Source of the DNA: Verrucomicrobiota bacterium
Lineage (GTDB): Bacteria; Verrucomicrobiota; Verrucomicrobiia; Limisphaerales; AAA164-E04
DNA length: 64,000 nt
Direction of reading: 5' to 3'
NCBI GenBank assembly: GCA_047947115.1
Contig: CP170459.1
Span: 2,208,001-2,272,000, forward strand
Below, in pieces: positions 9,259 through 19,767 of this stretch. Both the position numbers and the translations under genes were made by a program. Under the pieces are notes generated by a model. It saw only the letters and a program-made list of their open reading frames with translations, did no database searches and was not told where the DNA came from. The first letter of the stretch is position 1, and each line of letters opens with the position of its first letter.

Positions 9259-10125
9259 TTAATATTGGACTCTTACACCGTATTCCTTGAGCTTTTCAAC
9301 CTGGCTTTTGCGGATACGATTTCCTTTGAGGTAGGCTTTCAGGAAAGGGGCGAAGCGTTTTTCACCTTCTGAATCGGCCCGGGCCATGGTGATCAGAGGG
9401 CTGATATCCTGTATCTGATTGTATTCGAGAAAGAGGAAATTAAGGTTCTTCAAGCCGTCCAGCGGAACCAGGTCATACAGCTTGTTTCCGTCCAGGGATA
9501 GTGAGCTGAGCCATTTCAGGTTGTTGATGCCTTCGATGGATTCGATCTGGTTTACGCTCAGGTGGAGTGAAGCGAGCTTGGGCAGGCTGAGGATTGGGTA
9601 GATGTATTCGATCTTGTTGTATCCCAGATAAAGAGCCGACATGTTTTTTAATCCTGCCAGCGGTTTGAGATCCTTGACCTTGTTGTGGGAAAGTTCGATG
9701 TATTGCAAGGCAGGTACGCTTTCCAGTGCGGAAATGTCCGAGATATCATTGTTGGAAAGATCCAGTGACTGTAGTCGCTTGAGTCCTTTTAATGGGGATA
9801 TATCGGTGATTTGATTGCCGGCAAGGTCCAACAGGGCGAGGCTCTTGCAGTGCTCCAGCCCGGTCAGGTCGCGGATTTCCTTGCCCCTGCCCTTGATGGT
9901 AGAGACATCGACGAGATCCTCGGCGGTTATGGGTTCGGTGGTATTCCGCTTTTCATAGACGGAGTGGCGCACCACTTCTTCCAGGTTTTTGTCGGGAAAC
10001 ACCGAAACGGCCGGTGCTTTTTCCTCTTCTTTGGCTGCTTCGGCTTCCTGAGCCTGTATCCCGTTGACAGCTATCATCCCGACCAGGAGGGCCAAGAACC
10101 ACGCATTTAAACCTTTAGACCTCAT
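9259..10125 (-). CDS. Secreted internalin-like leucine-rich repeat protein
   Basis: Signal peptide, FPDKNLE cap, about seven 22-aa repeats of the form LxxLDLxxNxIxDIxPL. Confidence 0.9.
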   Translation of the reverse strand: MRSKGLNAWFLALLVGMIAVNGIQAQEAEAAKEEEKAPAVSVFPDKNLEEVVRHSVYEKRNTTEPITAEDLVDVSTIKGRGKEIRDLTGLEHCKSLALLDLAGNQITDISPLKGLKRLQSLDLSNNDISDISALESVPALQYIELSHNKVKDLKPLAGLKNMSALYLGYNKIEYIYPILSLPKLASLHLSVNQIESIEGINNLKWLSSLSLDGNKLYDLVPLDGLKNLNFLFLEYNQIQDISPLITMARADSEGEKRFAPFLKAYLKGNRIRKSQVEKLKEYGVRVQY

Positions 10126-10332
10126 ATTGCTTCTATGATTATTTGTTTGGAATCAGCCCTGATTAAAACCGGAAGGCAGGGTGGGAAGCAATCCCTTTCC
10201 TTTGAAAAAAATAAGCCTCCCTTGGTTTGCTGATGACATCAAATGGGTGATCCCACACATCTCGCTTGGCAAACGCCTTGTCTCGATTAGAATCCAGACC
10301 ATTCACATTCTCAATCGAAGCTTTGGATCGGC

Positions 10333-11898
10333 ATGAAACAATTGATATCTATGAAATGGTTGGTGGCCCTTGGATGGGTCGTGGGACTGGGGAGCGCGAG
10401 TCTGCAGGCCGTTAATGAAGGCGTTGTTCCGGAGAAAATTCCTGGAGCCAAACAGCGTAACGTCATCTTCATCCTTGCCGATGATCATCGGTATGACGCG
10501 ATGGGCTTCATGGGGCATCCTTTTTTGGAAACACCCCACATGGATGCGATTGCCCGCAACGGAGTTCATTTGAAAAACGCCTTCGTCACCACTTCGCTTT
10601 GCTCCCCGAGCCGTGCATCGATCCTGACCGGACTTTACACGCACAAACACCGTGTGATCGACAATAACCGCTTGGTGCCCGAAGGAACCAAGTTTTTCCC
10701 TGAATGGCTTCAGAAAGCCGGGTATCAAACGGGGTTTATCGGTAAATGGCACATGGGCGGCGAAACCGACGCTCCGCGTCCCGGGTTTGATTATTGGGTC
10801 AGTTTTCGCGGACAAGGGCACTACATGGCCCCCGGTCCGAACTACACCCTGAATGTGAATGGCGAACGCGTGAAGCAAAAGGGTTATATCACGGATGAAC
10901 TCACTGATTACGCCGTGGATTTTCTCGAAGCACAGAAAAACAGGGACAAGCCTTTCTTCCTTTACCTTTCCCACAAGGCGGTGCATGCGAATTTCTCGCC
11001 CGCGGAGCGTCATGCGGGGCGTTACACCGATTCGCCCTGGAAAAAACCCTCCAGTGAAGCCAATACCGATGCCAATTACGACGGAAAGCCGCGTTGGTTG
11101 CGTGACCAACGCAACAGTTGGCATGGTGTGGATTTTCCTTATCACAGCGAACTGGATGTAGAGCAGTACTACAAAAGATATTGTGAAGCATTGTTGGCGG
11201 TGGATGACAGCATCGGGCGTGTGATGGAACAGCTCAAGAAGATGGGTGTTTACGAGGAAACGCTGGTGATATACATGGGAGACAATGGATTCATGTTTGG
11301 TGAGCATGGTCTGATCGACAAGCGCGTTGCGTATGAAACTTCGATCCGTGTGCCCATGATCATGCAGTGCCCGGAACTCTTCCGGGGAAACACCGTGGTG
11401 GATCAGGTGGTGGCCAACATCGATATTGGTCCCACGGTCATGGAGGCTGCCGGACTCAGAACCCCATCGCATATGGATGGTCAAAGTTTCATCGGAATAT
11501 CCCAGGGTAAGGAGATGAAGTGGCGTGATTATTTTCTTTATGTTTATTACTGGGAAAAGAACTTTCCGCAATCGCCTACCGTCTTTTCGCTGCGAGGAGA
11601 TCAATATAAATACATCACCTACTATGGATTGTGGGATACGGATGAACTTTACGATATTAAGAATGATCCTGGTGAAACAAAGAATCTGATTGCAGATCCA
11701 CAGTTTCGTCAGGTGGCACGGCAGTTTGAAGATCAATTGTATGCCATGCTGGATGACCAGGGGGGGATGTACATCCCATTGAACCAGCCTCGCGGTGGAT
11801 CTCAAAACAAACGGCTTTCAACGCGAGGTGGCCACGACGCTTCCGGCTTTCCGTCTCATCTGGTGGTTGAAGAACCGATCAATCGGAATGCCCAATAA
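10333..11898 (+). CDS. Sulfatase (N-acetylglucosamine-6-sulfatase-like S1 family)
   Basis: NVIFILADD, CSPSRASILTG, GKWHM, GDNGF...DKR. Confidence 0.92.
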   Translation: MKQLISMKWLVALGWVVGLGSASLQAVNEGVVPEKIPGAKQRNVIFILADDHRYDAMGFMGHPFLETPHMDAIARNGVHLKNAFVTTSLCSPSRASILTGLYTHKHRVIDNNRLVPEGTKFFPEWLQKAGYQTGFIGKWHMGGETDAPRPGFDYWVSFRGQGHYMAPGPNYTLNVNGERVKQKGYITDELTDYAVDFLEAQKNRDKPFFLYLSHKAVHANFSPAERHAGRYTDSPWKKPSSEANTDANYDGKPRWLRDQRNSWHGVDFPYHSELDVEQYYKRYCEALLAVDDSIGRVMEQLKKMGVYEETLVIYMGDNGFMFGEHGLIDKRVAYETSIRVPMIMQCPELFRGNTVVDQVVANIDIGPTVMEAAGLRTPSHMDGQSFIGISQGKEMKWRDYFLYVYYWEKNFPQSPTVFSLRGDQYKYITYYGLWDTDELYDIKNDPGETKNLIADPQFRQVARQFEDQLYAMLDDQGGMYIPLNQPRGGSQNKRLSTRGGHDASGFPSHLVVEEPINRNAQ

Positions 11899-11929
11899 GG
11901 CCATACTGTTTTCGAACGATTCATTTGTT

Positions 11930-13801
11930 ATGGAAGTACTGATCATTGCATTGCTGGCCGGGCTTGGTTTTATCGCGGCCTATCACACTTACGGCCGCTG
12001 GTTGGGGCACAAGATTTTTGCCCTTTCCGCCAAAGCCATTTGCCCCTCCTGCAAGTTGGAGGACGGGGTGGATTATGTTCCCACATCCAAGGGAGTTGTG
12101 TTTGGTCATCACTTCACATCCATTGCCGGAACCGGCCCGATCGTCGGACCAGCCATTGCGGTGATGTGGGGGTGGGTGCCCGCATTGCTTTGGGTGGTCC
12201 TGGGTTCCATATTTATTGGGGCTGTTCATGATTTTGGCGCCTTGGTGGTCAGTTTGCGAAACAACGGGCAGACCGTGGGTGACATCGCCGGACGCGTGAT
12301 GAACCGGCGTGTTCGGTTGCTCTTTTTGGTTGTTTTGTTCATGGCTCTGACCATCGTGCTCGCAATCTTCGGATTGGTGATTGCTTCAGTGTTCAAAATG
12401 TATCCCGCCGCGATTTTTCCATGTCTGGTTCAAATACCCCTGGCCGTGGTGATCGGGGTGTGGTTGCATCGGAAAGGCGTGAATCTCTTCCTTCCTTCAC
12501 TGCTTGCATTGGGTATCATGTATCTGACCGTCATATTCGGAGACCTGGGTTTTCTCCATCAAATGAATGCGTTTATGCAATCACAGACGGTGTTCACCTG
12601 GGTGGTTATCCTGTTGGTGTATTCATATATTGCTTCCGTGTTGCCGGTATGGACACTGCTTCAGCCGAGAGATTACATCAATTCGCTCCAACTGATTTCA
12701 GCTTTGGGATTGATTGTGGCCGGATTGTTCGGTGCGGCTTTGATGGGGGGGGCTCCGGTTCCCGGGGGAACCGAACGTCCGACGCTTGAAATCATTGCCC
12801 CCGCCCTGAACCTGGCTCCCGAAGGGGCTCCTTTTATCTTTCCATTTTTGTTCATCACCATCGCTTGCGGAGCTATCAGTGGATTCCATTGTCTGGTCAG
12901 CAGTGGTACCAGCAGCAAACAAATCCAGAGTGAACCGGATGCCAGGTTTGTGGGGTACGGCAGCATGCTCACGGAAGGTTTTCTGGCAACGTTGGTCATT
13001 CTGGCGTGCACCGCCGGTTTAGGTTTGGGGTCCGATGTGAAAGGGGAGTTTCTGACCGGTGAAAATGCTTGGGCGGCGCGATACGCCTCCTGGGGAGCGG
13101 CGGGCGCTCTTGGGGCCAAGGTGGCCGCTTTTGTGGATGGTTCCGCGAACTTCTTGAAATCCATCGGTATTCCACCCCATGTGTCTTTGGCTTTGATGGG
13201 GGTGTTGGTGGCTTCGTTTGCGGGCACCACGCTGGATACCGCATGTCGACTGCAGCGTTATGTGATTCAGGAACTGGCTATTACGTTTCAGAATCAGGAC
13301 GGTTCCAATACCAATCCTCTGGGCTTTCTGACCAACAAACACGGCGCGACCTTGTTTGCCATCGTGATCGCTGCATTGGTGGCCACGGCGCCGGCTCCAG
13401 GGCAGGCTGATTGGTCGCTGGCCACCGCCGGCAAGGGAGGCATGATCCTCTGGCCTCTGTTTGGTGCCACGAATCAACTGTTGGCGGGACTTGCTTTTCT
13501 GGTGATCACCTTTCATTTGTGGCGCCGTGGGAAGCCTATCTGGTTTTTGGTGTTTCCGATGGTCTTCATGCTGATCATGCCCATGTGGGCCATGCTGGTT
13601 CAGTTGTTTTTGGGAAGCGGGGATTCTCCAAGCTGGATCCAAAGCGGTAACTGGATCGTGGTGTTTGTCGGTCTGGCGACCATCGTGCTGGAGGTTTGGA
13701 TGTTGATCGAAGCCGCCATGATGTTTCCCAAAGCCAAGGGCATTCTCGAAAAGCATGCGCTGGATCAGGTGGATGCCAAACCCATGGAATCCACTTCCTG
13801 A
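11930..13801 (+). CDS. cstA: Carbon starvation protein A family transporter
   Basis: FGHHFTSIAGTGPIVGP, GAVHDF, FITIACGAISGFH, WPLFGATNQLLA. Multi-TM protein. Confidence 0.92.
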   Translation: MEVLIIALLAGLGFIAAYHTYGRWLGHKIFALSAKAICPSCKLEDGVDYVPTSKGVVFGHHFTSIAGTGPIVGPAIAVMWGWVPALLWVVLGSIFIGAVHDFGALVVSLRNNGQTVGDIAGRVMNRRVRLLFLVVLFMALTIVLAIFGLVIASVFKMYPAAIFPCLVQIPLAVVIGVWLHRKGVNLFLPSLLALGIMYLTVIFGDLGFLHQMNAFMQSQTVFTWVVILLVYSYIASVLPVWTLLQPRDYINSLQLISALGLIVAGLFGAALMGGAPVPGGTERPTLEIIAPALNLAPEGAPFIFPFLFITIACGAISGFHCLVSSGTSSKQIQSEPDARFVGYGSMLTEGFLATLVILACTAGLGLGSDVKGEFLTGENAWAARYASWGAAGALGAKVAAFVDGSANFLKSIGIPPHVSLALMGVLVASFAGTTLDTACRLQRYVIQELAITFQNQDGSNTNPLGFLTNKHGATLFAIVIAALVATAPAPGQADWSLATAGKGGMILWPLFGATNQLLAGLAFLVITFHLWRRGKPIWFLVFPMVFMLIMPMWAMLVQLFLGSGDSPSWIQSGNWIVVFVGLATIVLEVWMLIEAAMMFPKAKGILEKHALDQVDAKPMESTS

Positions 13802-13807
13802 ACCCAG

Positions 13808-14389
13808 ATGGCACTCGATCGCATAGGAATTTTTGGAGGCACGTTTGACCCCGTCCATCGGGGACACCTGTTGGTGGCGCGGGCCGCTTTGGAGGAGGCT
13901 GGGCTGGATCGGCTCTTTTTTATTCCGGCTTCCAGATCTCCCTTCAAAGAGTCTCAACAACCCAGCGCGGGTAAAGATCGGGTTCGTTGGCTGCGGTTGG
14001 CGCTTGCCGGTGAATCGCGGTATGAAATCGATGAACGCGAGCTGGACCGAGGCGGTATCTCCTACGCCATCGACACCGTACATGCTTATCAAAAACAGTT
14101 CCCAGACGCACAACTGTGTTATTTGATTGGTGCGGATCACCTCGAAAAGCTGCATCAGTGGCGGGATGCCCCCAAATTGGCGTCAGTGCTTGAATTCCTG
14201 GTGGTTCCCAGGCCGGGGGAGGTGGAGAAACCAATTCCCGCGCCGTTACGGGGAACCTTTTTATCGGGATTCCCCTGTTCGATTGCTGCCTCAACGATCC
14301 GGAAAAGAGTTCGATCGGGGCAATCAATCGGTGAACTGGTCCCATCATTTGTTGAACAGGATATTGTCAACCGGGGGATTTACCTATAG
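13808..14389 (+). CDS. nadD: Nicotinate-nucleotide adenylyltransferase
   Basis: GGTFDPVHRGH, SYAIDT, IGAD, ASTIR. Adjacent to rsfS, a conserved synteny. Confidence 0.95.
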   Translation: MALDRIGIFGGTFDPVHRGHLLVARAALEEAGLDRLFFIPASRSPFKESQQPSAGKDRVRWLRLALAGESRYEIDERELDRGGISYAIDTVHAYQKQFPDAQLCYLIGADHLEKLHQWRDAPKLASVLEFLVVPRPGEVEKPIPAPLRGTFLSGFPCSIAASTIRKRVRSGQSIGELVPSFVEQDIVNRGIYL

Positions 14390-14427
14390 GAATAGTCCTT
14401 TGGCAGTTTGGCTGCCTTGTTAGCATC

Positions 14428-14820
14428 ATGGATTCCAAGAAACTCGCTCAATTGTGCTGCGCCTATGCGGACGACCGCAAAGCCGAAAACCCTGTGATTC
14501 TCGATCTCAGGGACATCTCGTCCATTACGGACTTTTTTATCATCCTCACAGGCGGCAGCTCGCCTCATCTGCGTGCCATTGCTGATGAGGTTACTGACAA
14601 GGTCCGGGATGAGCATGGTATCCGACCTCGGCAGGTGGATGGGAAAAGTTCCGGAAACTGGGTCGTGATTGACTACTACGACGTTATCGTTCACGTGATG
14701 AGCCAGGAAATGCGAAATCGCTATAACCTCGAGGGGCTGTGGGGAGATGCACCACGCGTCAAACCCAGAAAACCGCGTGGAATGGGGCCCGTCAGTCGAA
14801 ACGCAGTCACTAAAAAGTAG
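14428..14820 (+). CDS. rsfS: Ribosome silencing factor
   Basis: DRKAENPVILD, DFFII, WVVIDYYDVIVHVM...RYNLEGLWGDA. Confidence 0.95.
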   Translation: MDSKKLAQLCCAYADDRKAENPVILDLRDISSITDFFIILTGGSSPHLRAIADEVTDKVRDEHGIRPRQVDGKSSGNWVVIDYYDVIVHVMSQEMRNRYNLEGLWGDAPRVKPRKPRGMGPVSRNAVTKK

Positions 14821-14850
14821 GCTGAACTATTCGATGGGCAGCGGCGATGT

Positions 14851-15300
14851 TCAGGCTTGTCCGCCGTAACTGACGTAATCGTCCAGATCAAGCAAATCAA
14901 ACCATGTCATGATATCCATGCGATGAGGAGCCGCTTTTGCATGGATATCGTTGAAATACTTCCGTGATTCCACATCCAGCGGGGCTCGCTGCTCTTCCAG
15001 TGCGGACCAACTGGCGATTTCCTGTGCGGTTCTCTTTTGAGTAGAAGATTTCATGATCCAGCCAAGGACTTGACCGTCTGACTTGCCGCAAGCGAGCTGG
15101 TTCATCAGTGTATTGGCGTTGATGCCGACGAACTCAAAGAATCGCCGATCCATGGGGCAGTTGAAATGATAGGCCCCATTTTTGGCGGCAATGGTGGCTC
15201 TTCCTTTATCCAGCATCCTGGGCAAAATGACAAAGCCCCCCAGGCGAACACGCGGGCTGCGCGGCGGGGCAATCGTGAGATCTGGACCTGTTATAACCAT
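14851..15300 (-). CDS. DUF5069-like protein
   Basis: PDLTIAPPRSPRVRLGGFVILPRMLDKGRA...YHFNCPMD...TWFDLLDLDD. Confidence 0.75.
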   Translation of the reverse strand: MVITGPDLTIAPPRSPRVRLGGFVILPRMLDKGRATIAAKNGAYHFNCPMDRRFFEFVGINANTLMNQLACGKSDGQVLGWIMKSSTQKRTAQEIASWSALEEQRAPLDVESRKYFNDIHAKAAPHRMDIMTWFDLLDLDDYVSYGGQA

Positions 15301-15388
15301 GAAAAATACGTATTTCCCCTTTTTGATGGGGTAATTTGGACCGCAGACGCAAGGAAAAAGTCACTTTTCTCGTCCTGCGATCAAAAGG

Positions 15389-16849
15389 CTAAATCAGTTT
15401 GGATTGGGATTTTTCCTTTTCAATCAGGTCCCCAAAGCTCACCGCTTCAAACTTTCGGCGTTCAATAATCTCCTTGTCCACATTGGGATCGTAAGGAACG
15501 GGGTAGTCCCCATTGTAACAGGCCATACAGAATTGATCGCGAGGCTGTCCGGTGGATTCGACCATGCCCTCCTCACTCAGATAACCCACACTGTCGGCAT
15601 CCAGGTGATTCTTGATTTCCTCAACAGAAGAAGTGGCCGCCAGAAGCTTTTTGCGATCCGGAAAATCGATTCCATAAACACATGAGTATTTATGAGGTGG
15701 ACAACTGATCAGCACATGCACTTCCTTGGCACCGGCTTCTTTGAGAGTTCGGATGCGGCTTTGGCTGGTGGTTCCACGAACGATGGAATCGTCCACAATG
15801 ATCACTTTCTTGCCCTCGACCAATCCTGAAACCAAGTTTAATTTGACCCGAACATTCAGGCTGCGTGTAACTTGGGAAGGTTGCAGGAAGCTGCGCCCCA
15901 CGTAGTGGTTGCGAACAAAGGCCATGTGGTAGGGGATGCCTGATTCCAGGGAATATCCCAGTGCGGCGTAATTGCCACTGTCCGGTACCGGAACCACCAT
16001 ATCCGCGTCAATCTTGTGCTCCCGGGCCAAGTGCCTGCCCATTTCGATGCGGGATTTGTAAACCTCCATCCCTGAAATTTTACTGTCGGGACGCGCGAAA
16101 TAGACGTATTCAAACACACAGAAGGCCCGTCTCTTTTGAGCGGGGAATGCATCGATGCTTCTCAGGCCGTTTTTGTCAATGATGACCACCTCGCCGGGTT
16201 TGACGTCACGGACAAACTCCGCCTTGATGAGGTCAAATGCACATGTTTCACTGGATAAGACCCATTTACCATCCACTTTCCCAAGGCTGAGAGGTCTGAA
16301 TCCATGCGGATCACGCACTCCGATCATTTCCTTTTCAGTCATCATGACCAGAGAATAGGCCCCTTGGATCTTGCGGATGGCATCCAAAAGTGGGTTTGCA
16401 TCCGGTGATGCGGATGGACGTGCCAGCAGATGAAGGATGATTTCGCTGTCGACGGTGGTTTGAAAGATGTTGCCGCCGGCTTCGAGTTCGTCGCGTAATT
16501 CCGAGGCGTTGGTAAGATTGCCGTTGTGCGCGATGGCGATATTGCCCCGGTTACAGTCGACGATCATGGGCTGGGCGTTCACTGCGTGGGAGGCTCCAGT
16601 GGTGGAATAGCGCGTGTGACCAATGGCATTTTCTCCTTTGAGCCTGCTTAACGAGTTGCCCTTGAAGACTTGAGGGACAAGACCCATGGCGCGATGGGAA
16701 TAGAATTCACTGCCATCGCAGGTGACGATACCGGCGCTTTCCTGGCCCCTGTGTTGGAGCGCGTAGAGTCCATAATATGAGATTTCTGCCGCGTTCGGAT
16801 GCCCGAAGACGCCAAATACCCCGCAATAATGCTTGGGATAATCCTGCAT
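15389..16849 (-). CDS. purF: Amidophosphoribosyltransferase
   Basis: Short propeptide then CGVFG, LQHRGQES, HTRYST, AHNGNL, CVFEYVYFARPDS, VDDSIVRGTT, Fe-S Cys residues. Confidence 0.97.
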   Translation of the reverse strand: MQDYPKHYCGVFGVFGHPNAAEISYYGLYALQHRGQESAGIVTCDGSEFYSHRAMGLVPQVFKGNSLSRLKGENAIGHTRYSTTGASHAVNAQPMIVDCNRGNIAIAHNGNLTNASELRDELEAGGNIFQTTVDSEIILHLLARPSASPDANPLLDAIRKIQGAYSLVMMTEKEMIGVRDPHGFRPLSLGKVDGKWVLSSETCAFDLIKAEFVRDVKPGEVVIIDKNGLRSIDAFPAQKRRAFCVFEYVYFARPDSKISGMEVYKSRIEMGRHLAREHKIDADMVVPVPDSGNYAALGYSLESGIPYHMAFVRNHYVGRSFLQPSQVTRSLNVRVKLNLVSGLVEGKKVIIVDDSIVRGTTSQSRIRTLKEAGAKEVHVLISCPPHKYSCVYGIDFPDRKKLLAATSSVEEIKNHLDADSVGYLSEEGMVESTGQPRDQFCMACYNGDYPVPYDPNVDKEIIERRKFEAVSFGDLIEKEKSQSKLI

Positions 16850-16959
16850 GCCTTTCACCGTGGGCAAGCCTGTCCGATTACCCCCCGTCTTGTCAAATGA
16901 CTTGTCACCTTTCCGTCGTTTTTGATGATGCTTTTACCCATAGTCAGCCTTTCGCCACC

Positions 16960-17117
16960 GGTAGACCCGCTGCCGCGGGTCCGTGAGCGCGTATTGGGTT
17001 TGGGAATGACTGTTGCGTGATGCGGACACGATGGCGGACGCGCAGTCCCGATCATATCGGGATCCCTACCAGCGCCGGATGCTTCGCTCCGGTAGGGCTT
17101 CCCGATACATTGGAATC
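16960..17117. repeat. Cluster of GTAG-type REP-like hairpins
   Basis: GGTAGACCCGC-TGCC-GCGGGTC (+); GGTAGGGATCCCGAT-ATG-ATCGGGAC (-, 17045-17070); GGTAGGGCTTCCCGATACATTGGAA (+, 17091). Confidence 0.55.
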
Positions 17118-17124
17118 TCAGGCA

Positions 17125-17787
17125 TTATTGAAATCGACTCCCGGTCAAACCTTGCTGCTTGGCATATTCCACCAGTTCGGATGCGTTCTGGAAATCGAGC
17201 CGATGCATGATGCGGTAGCGGTAGGTCTCCACAGAACGCGGGCTGAGTCCCAGTTTTTCGGCGATCTGCTTGCTGGTAAGGCCTTCTCCGACCAGGGCGA
17301 CCACACGCTGTTCCTTTGGACTCAGGAATTTCACGAAAGATCGATCGTCCTTCTCCAGTTCCGAAAGATTCCGATGCAGCAGGGCGGTAAAATAGGTGAG
17401 GCCGGATGCAACCTCAACCATGGCTTCTTCAAATATTTCCAGCGGTTGATCTTTCTCAACGTATCCATGCACGCCAATTTCCTGAAGTTGATGAAGGGTG
17501 TATGGATCTTTCAGGTTGGTCAGGACAAGGATGCGAGTGTCCGGCAAGACCGAGAGAACCTTTCTCGAAAGTTCGATGCCGTCCATTCCCGGCAAATGCA
17601 GGTCTGTGACCAGTAGGTGGGGATGGTGCATCTCACAAAGCCGCAGTCCTTCCGTTCCGTCTTCGGCATCTCCTTTCAAGTCGAATTGGTCGTCCAATTG
17701 GATACTCTTGGACAGGACGTTCCTGAGCAGGGCCTGATCTTCAACCAGCACTGTGCTCCAAGGGGGTTGTTGTTTGATTTCTGTCAT
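17125..17787 (-). CDS. NarL/LuxR family response regulator
   Basis: VLVEDQ, TDLHLPGMDG receiver; LSPKEQRVV...TSKQIAEKLGLSPRSVETYR HTH. ATGA overlap with the kinase stop codon. Confidence 0.93.
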   Translation of the reverse strand: MTEIKQQPPWSTVLVEDQALLRNVLSKSIQLDDQFDLKGDAEDGTEGLRLCEMHHPHLLVTDLHLPGMDGIELSRKVLSVLPDTRILVLTNLKDPYTLHQLQEIGVHGYVEKDQPLEIFEEAMVEVASGLTYFTALLHRNLSELEKDDRSFVKFLSPKEQRVVALVGEGLTSKQIAEKLGLSPRSVETYRYRIMHRLDFQNASELVEYAKQQGLTGSRFQ

Positions 17788-19176
17788 GATGCTGTGGATG
17801 GTTTTTGCCCTTCCGATGGTTTGTCGTCTTTGAATCCTTTGGGAGTCCATTGCATGGGGACCTCCAGTCGAAAAGTGGATCCTGTTCCAGGCTCGGATTG
17901 AACAACGAGGTCCCCTCCCATGCGGTGTGCCAGCTTTTTGGAGAGCACGAGACCGAATCCCGCGCCTGTTTTGCCCACTTCGGTGGGATCCCGGGGCTTG
18001 TCGGGCAACTGAAACAGGGCGGCAACTTGTGATGCGGTCATGCCTTCCCCGGTATCCTTCACATCGATGCGCATCTTGTTGTCGACCTGTTCGCACCGGA
18101 GCAGTAAATCCCCGCCTTTGCGGCTGTGGCGAATGGCGTTGGACAGCAGGTTGCGCAGAATGGTACGCAACATTTCGATGTCGTTTACGAAGGCCGGGTG
18201 CTTCTCAACGAGGGTGTTCAACCTCACATCCTGTTCCTTTGCCGCCGATGCAAACAGTGTGGTGACTTGGTGGGCCACCCGTTCCAGATCGATTCTCCCG
18301 GGAAAATAAGGAAGTTGTCCGGTCTGAAGACGTGCCCAGTTCAGGAGATTGTCCAGCAATTCGGTCAGGTGTTTGCTGGTCGATTGGATCTCACCTGCAA
18401 ACTTTCGGATTTCTTCCGGGGTAAATGATTCGGGAGCTTTCATCAACAAGCCGCTGAGATTGCTGACACCCGACAAGGGTGCTCGCAAGTCATGTGAGAT
18501 GATGGCCAGAAGCCGGTCTTTTCTATGGTTGGCTTCGTCCAGCAGTTGATTGCGATCTGTCAGGGTGGCTTCCGCTTTTCGTCGACGCCGCATTTCGGAC
18601 AGAACGATCATCGTAAACATGACGATCAACAGTCCGGCGCCGACAGAATTTCGTGATATGGAACGGATGGTTGACTCAATGGTTTCGGGAAATTCCCTTG
18701 AAAGTAAAAACTCGATGCGCACCGATTCTTGGGCCTCAGGATCATTCAATGTCGAAAAGGCCAAAGATTTCTTTTTTCCATCTTCCAGGGTTATATGATT
18801 TGCAGAAAGACTGACACCTTGCTGCATTACGGACGAAGCAAGCGGCGGGGTGAATTCCCTGCGACCTCCTCCGGGGCCTCCTCTCGGGCCGCCGGGGGGA
18901 CCTCCCTGCCTGGGGCGTTCGAAGCCGTCGAATGGAGGGGGACGACGGTGGTCTTCACGGTCCCGGCCTTCTTCGATCTGGGTGGAAGTCGACAAGTCCC
19001 AGGAATCGATGATATCTGGCTGTTCCAATGTGGAGGGAACGACCCGCCACATGAGTTCGGATGTGTCGGATAATTTTGAATACTCGTTCGGCAGCGTCCT
19101 GCCAAAGAAAAAGGTGTGAGGCTCAAATCCCCTCGGATCGCTGACGGCATATAGAATAATGATTTGGTTCTGATCA
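17784..19176 (-). CDS. Sensor histidine kinase, N-terminus apparently missing
   Basis: IISHDLRAPL (H box), NLLSNAIRH, DTGEG, GAGFGL. Only one TM helix. Upstream of ~19176 the frame is just the antisense of the EF-hand gene. Confidence 0.8.
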
Positions 19177-19736
19177 CGACCGATGAAGTTTCGGCGGTGC
19201 ATGCAGCCGCCATCGAGGAACGTCTGTTGGGAATTCTTACCCGTTGGGATGCGAATGAAGACGGGCAACTGACCGAAGATGAACTTGAATCGGCCGGCAC
19301 CAGAGGCCGTGGCCATCGTCATGTTTTGAATCAATTCGATGCCGATGAGGACGGAACCATTACGTCTGATGAATTGCTTTCCGCTGGCGCTGCAATGTTG
19401 GACGAACGTGTAAACGGAGTCCTGGAAAAGCTGGACGCCAATGCCGACGGCAACATCAGTGCGGATGAAGTGGCCGCCGCGCAAGATGCCGGAACAGCCG
19501 ATCGATGGGCTTCTTTGTTGGAAAAACTGGATGCCGATGAAAACGGTGAGATCAGTCTGGAAGAAATCAATGCCGGCCGTCCCCAGCGAGAAGGGGCTCC
19601 CGAAGATCGTCGCCGTGGACCTCGTCCCCAGGACGTTGATACAGCTTTGAACGCCGACGACAACGCAGGAGACAATCCTCGCGAAGGACGCGGACGTCCT
19701 CAAGGTGGTCCTCGCGGACCCCGTCGCGGAAGATGA
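19171..19736 (+). CDS. EF-hand repeat protein, N-terminus apparently missing
   Basis: Four full loops (DANEDGQLTEDE, DADEDGTITSDE, DANADGNISADE, DADENGEISLEE). Begins mid-loop at ITTDE; in-frame TAG a few codons upstream. Confidence 0.8.
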
Positions 19737-19767
19737 TCTGAGTGATATTCAGCGTCTGCTCGAAGCC

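Noticed and set aside
10303..11805. 500-aa antisense ORF, and similar long shadows at 4163-5149, 13019-14155 and 21051-22250
   Set aside because: Each fully overlaps a well-supported gene on the opposite strand and lacks recognisable motifs.
16850..17120. Purine-related riboswitch upstream of purF
   Set aside because: No recognisable ZTP, PRPP or purine aptamer. A TTGACA promoter-like box lies close to the start and the hairpins are REP-like.
19177..19703. Long N-terminal extension of the histidine kinase ORF overlapping the EF-hand gene
   Set aside because: It reads as the antisense shadow of the EF-hand CDS and has no sensor-like features.
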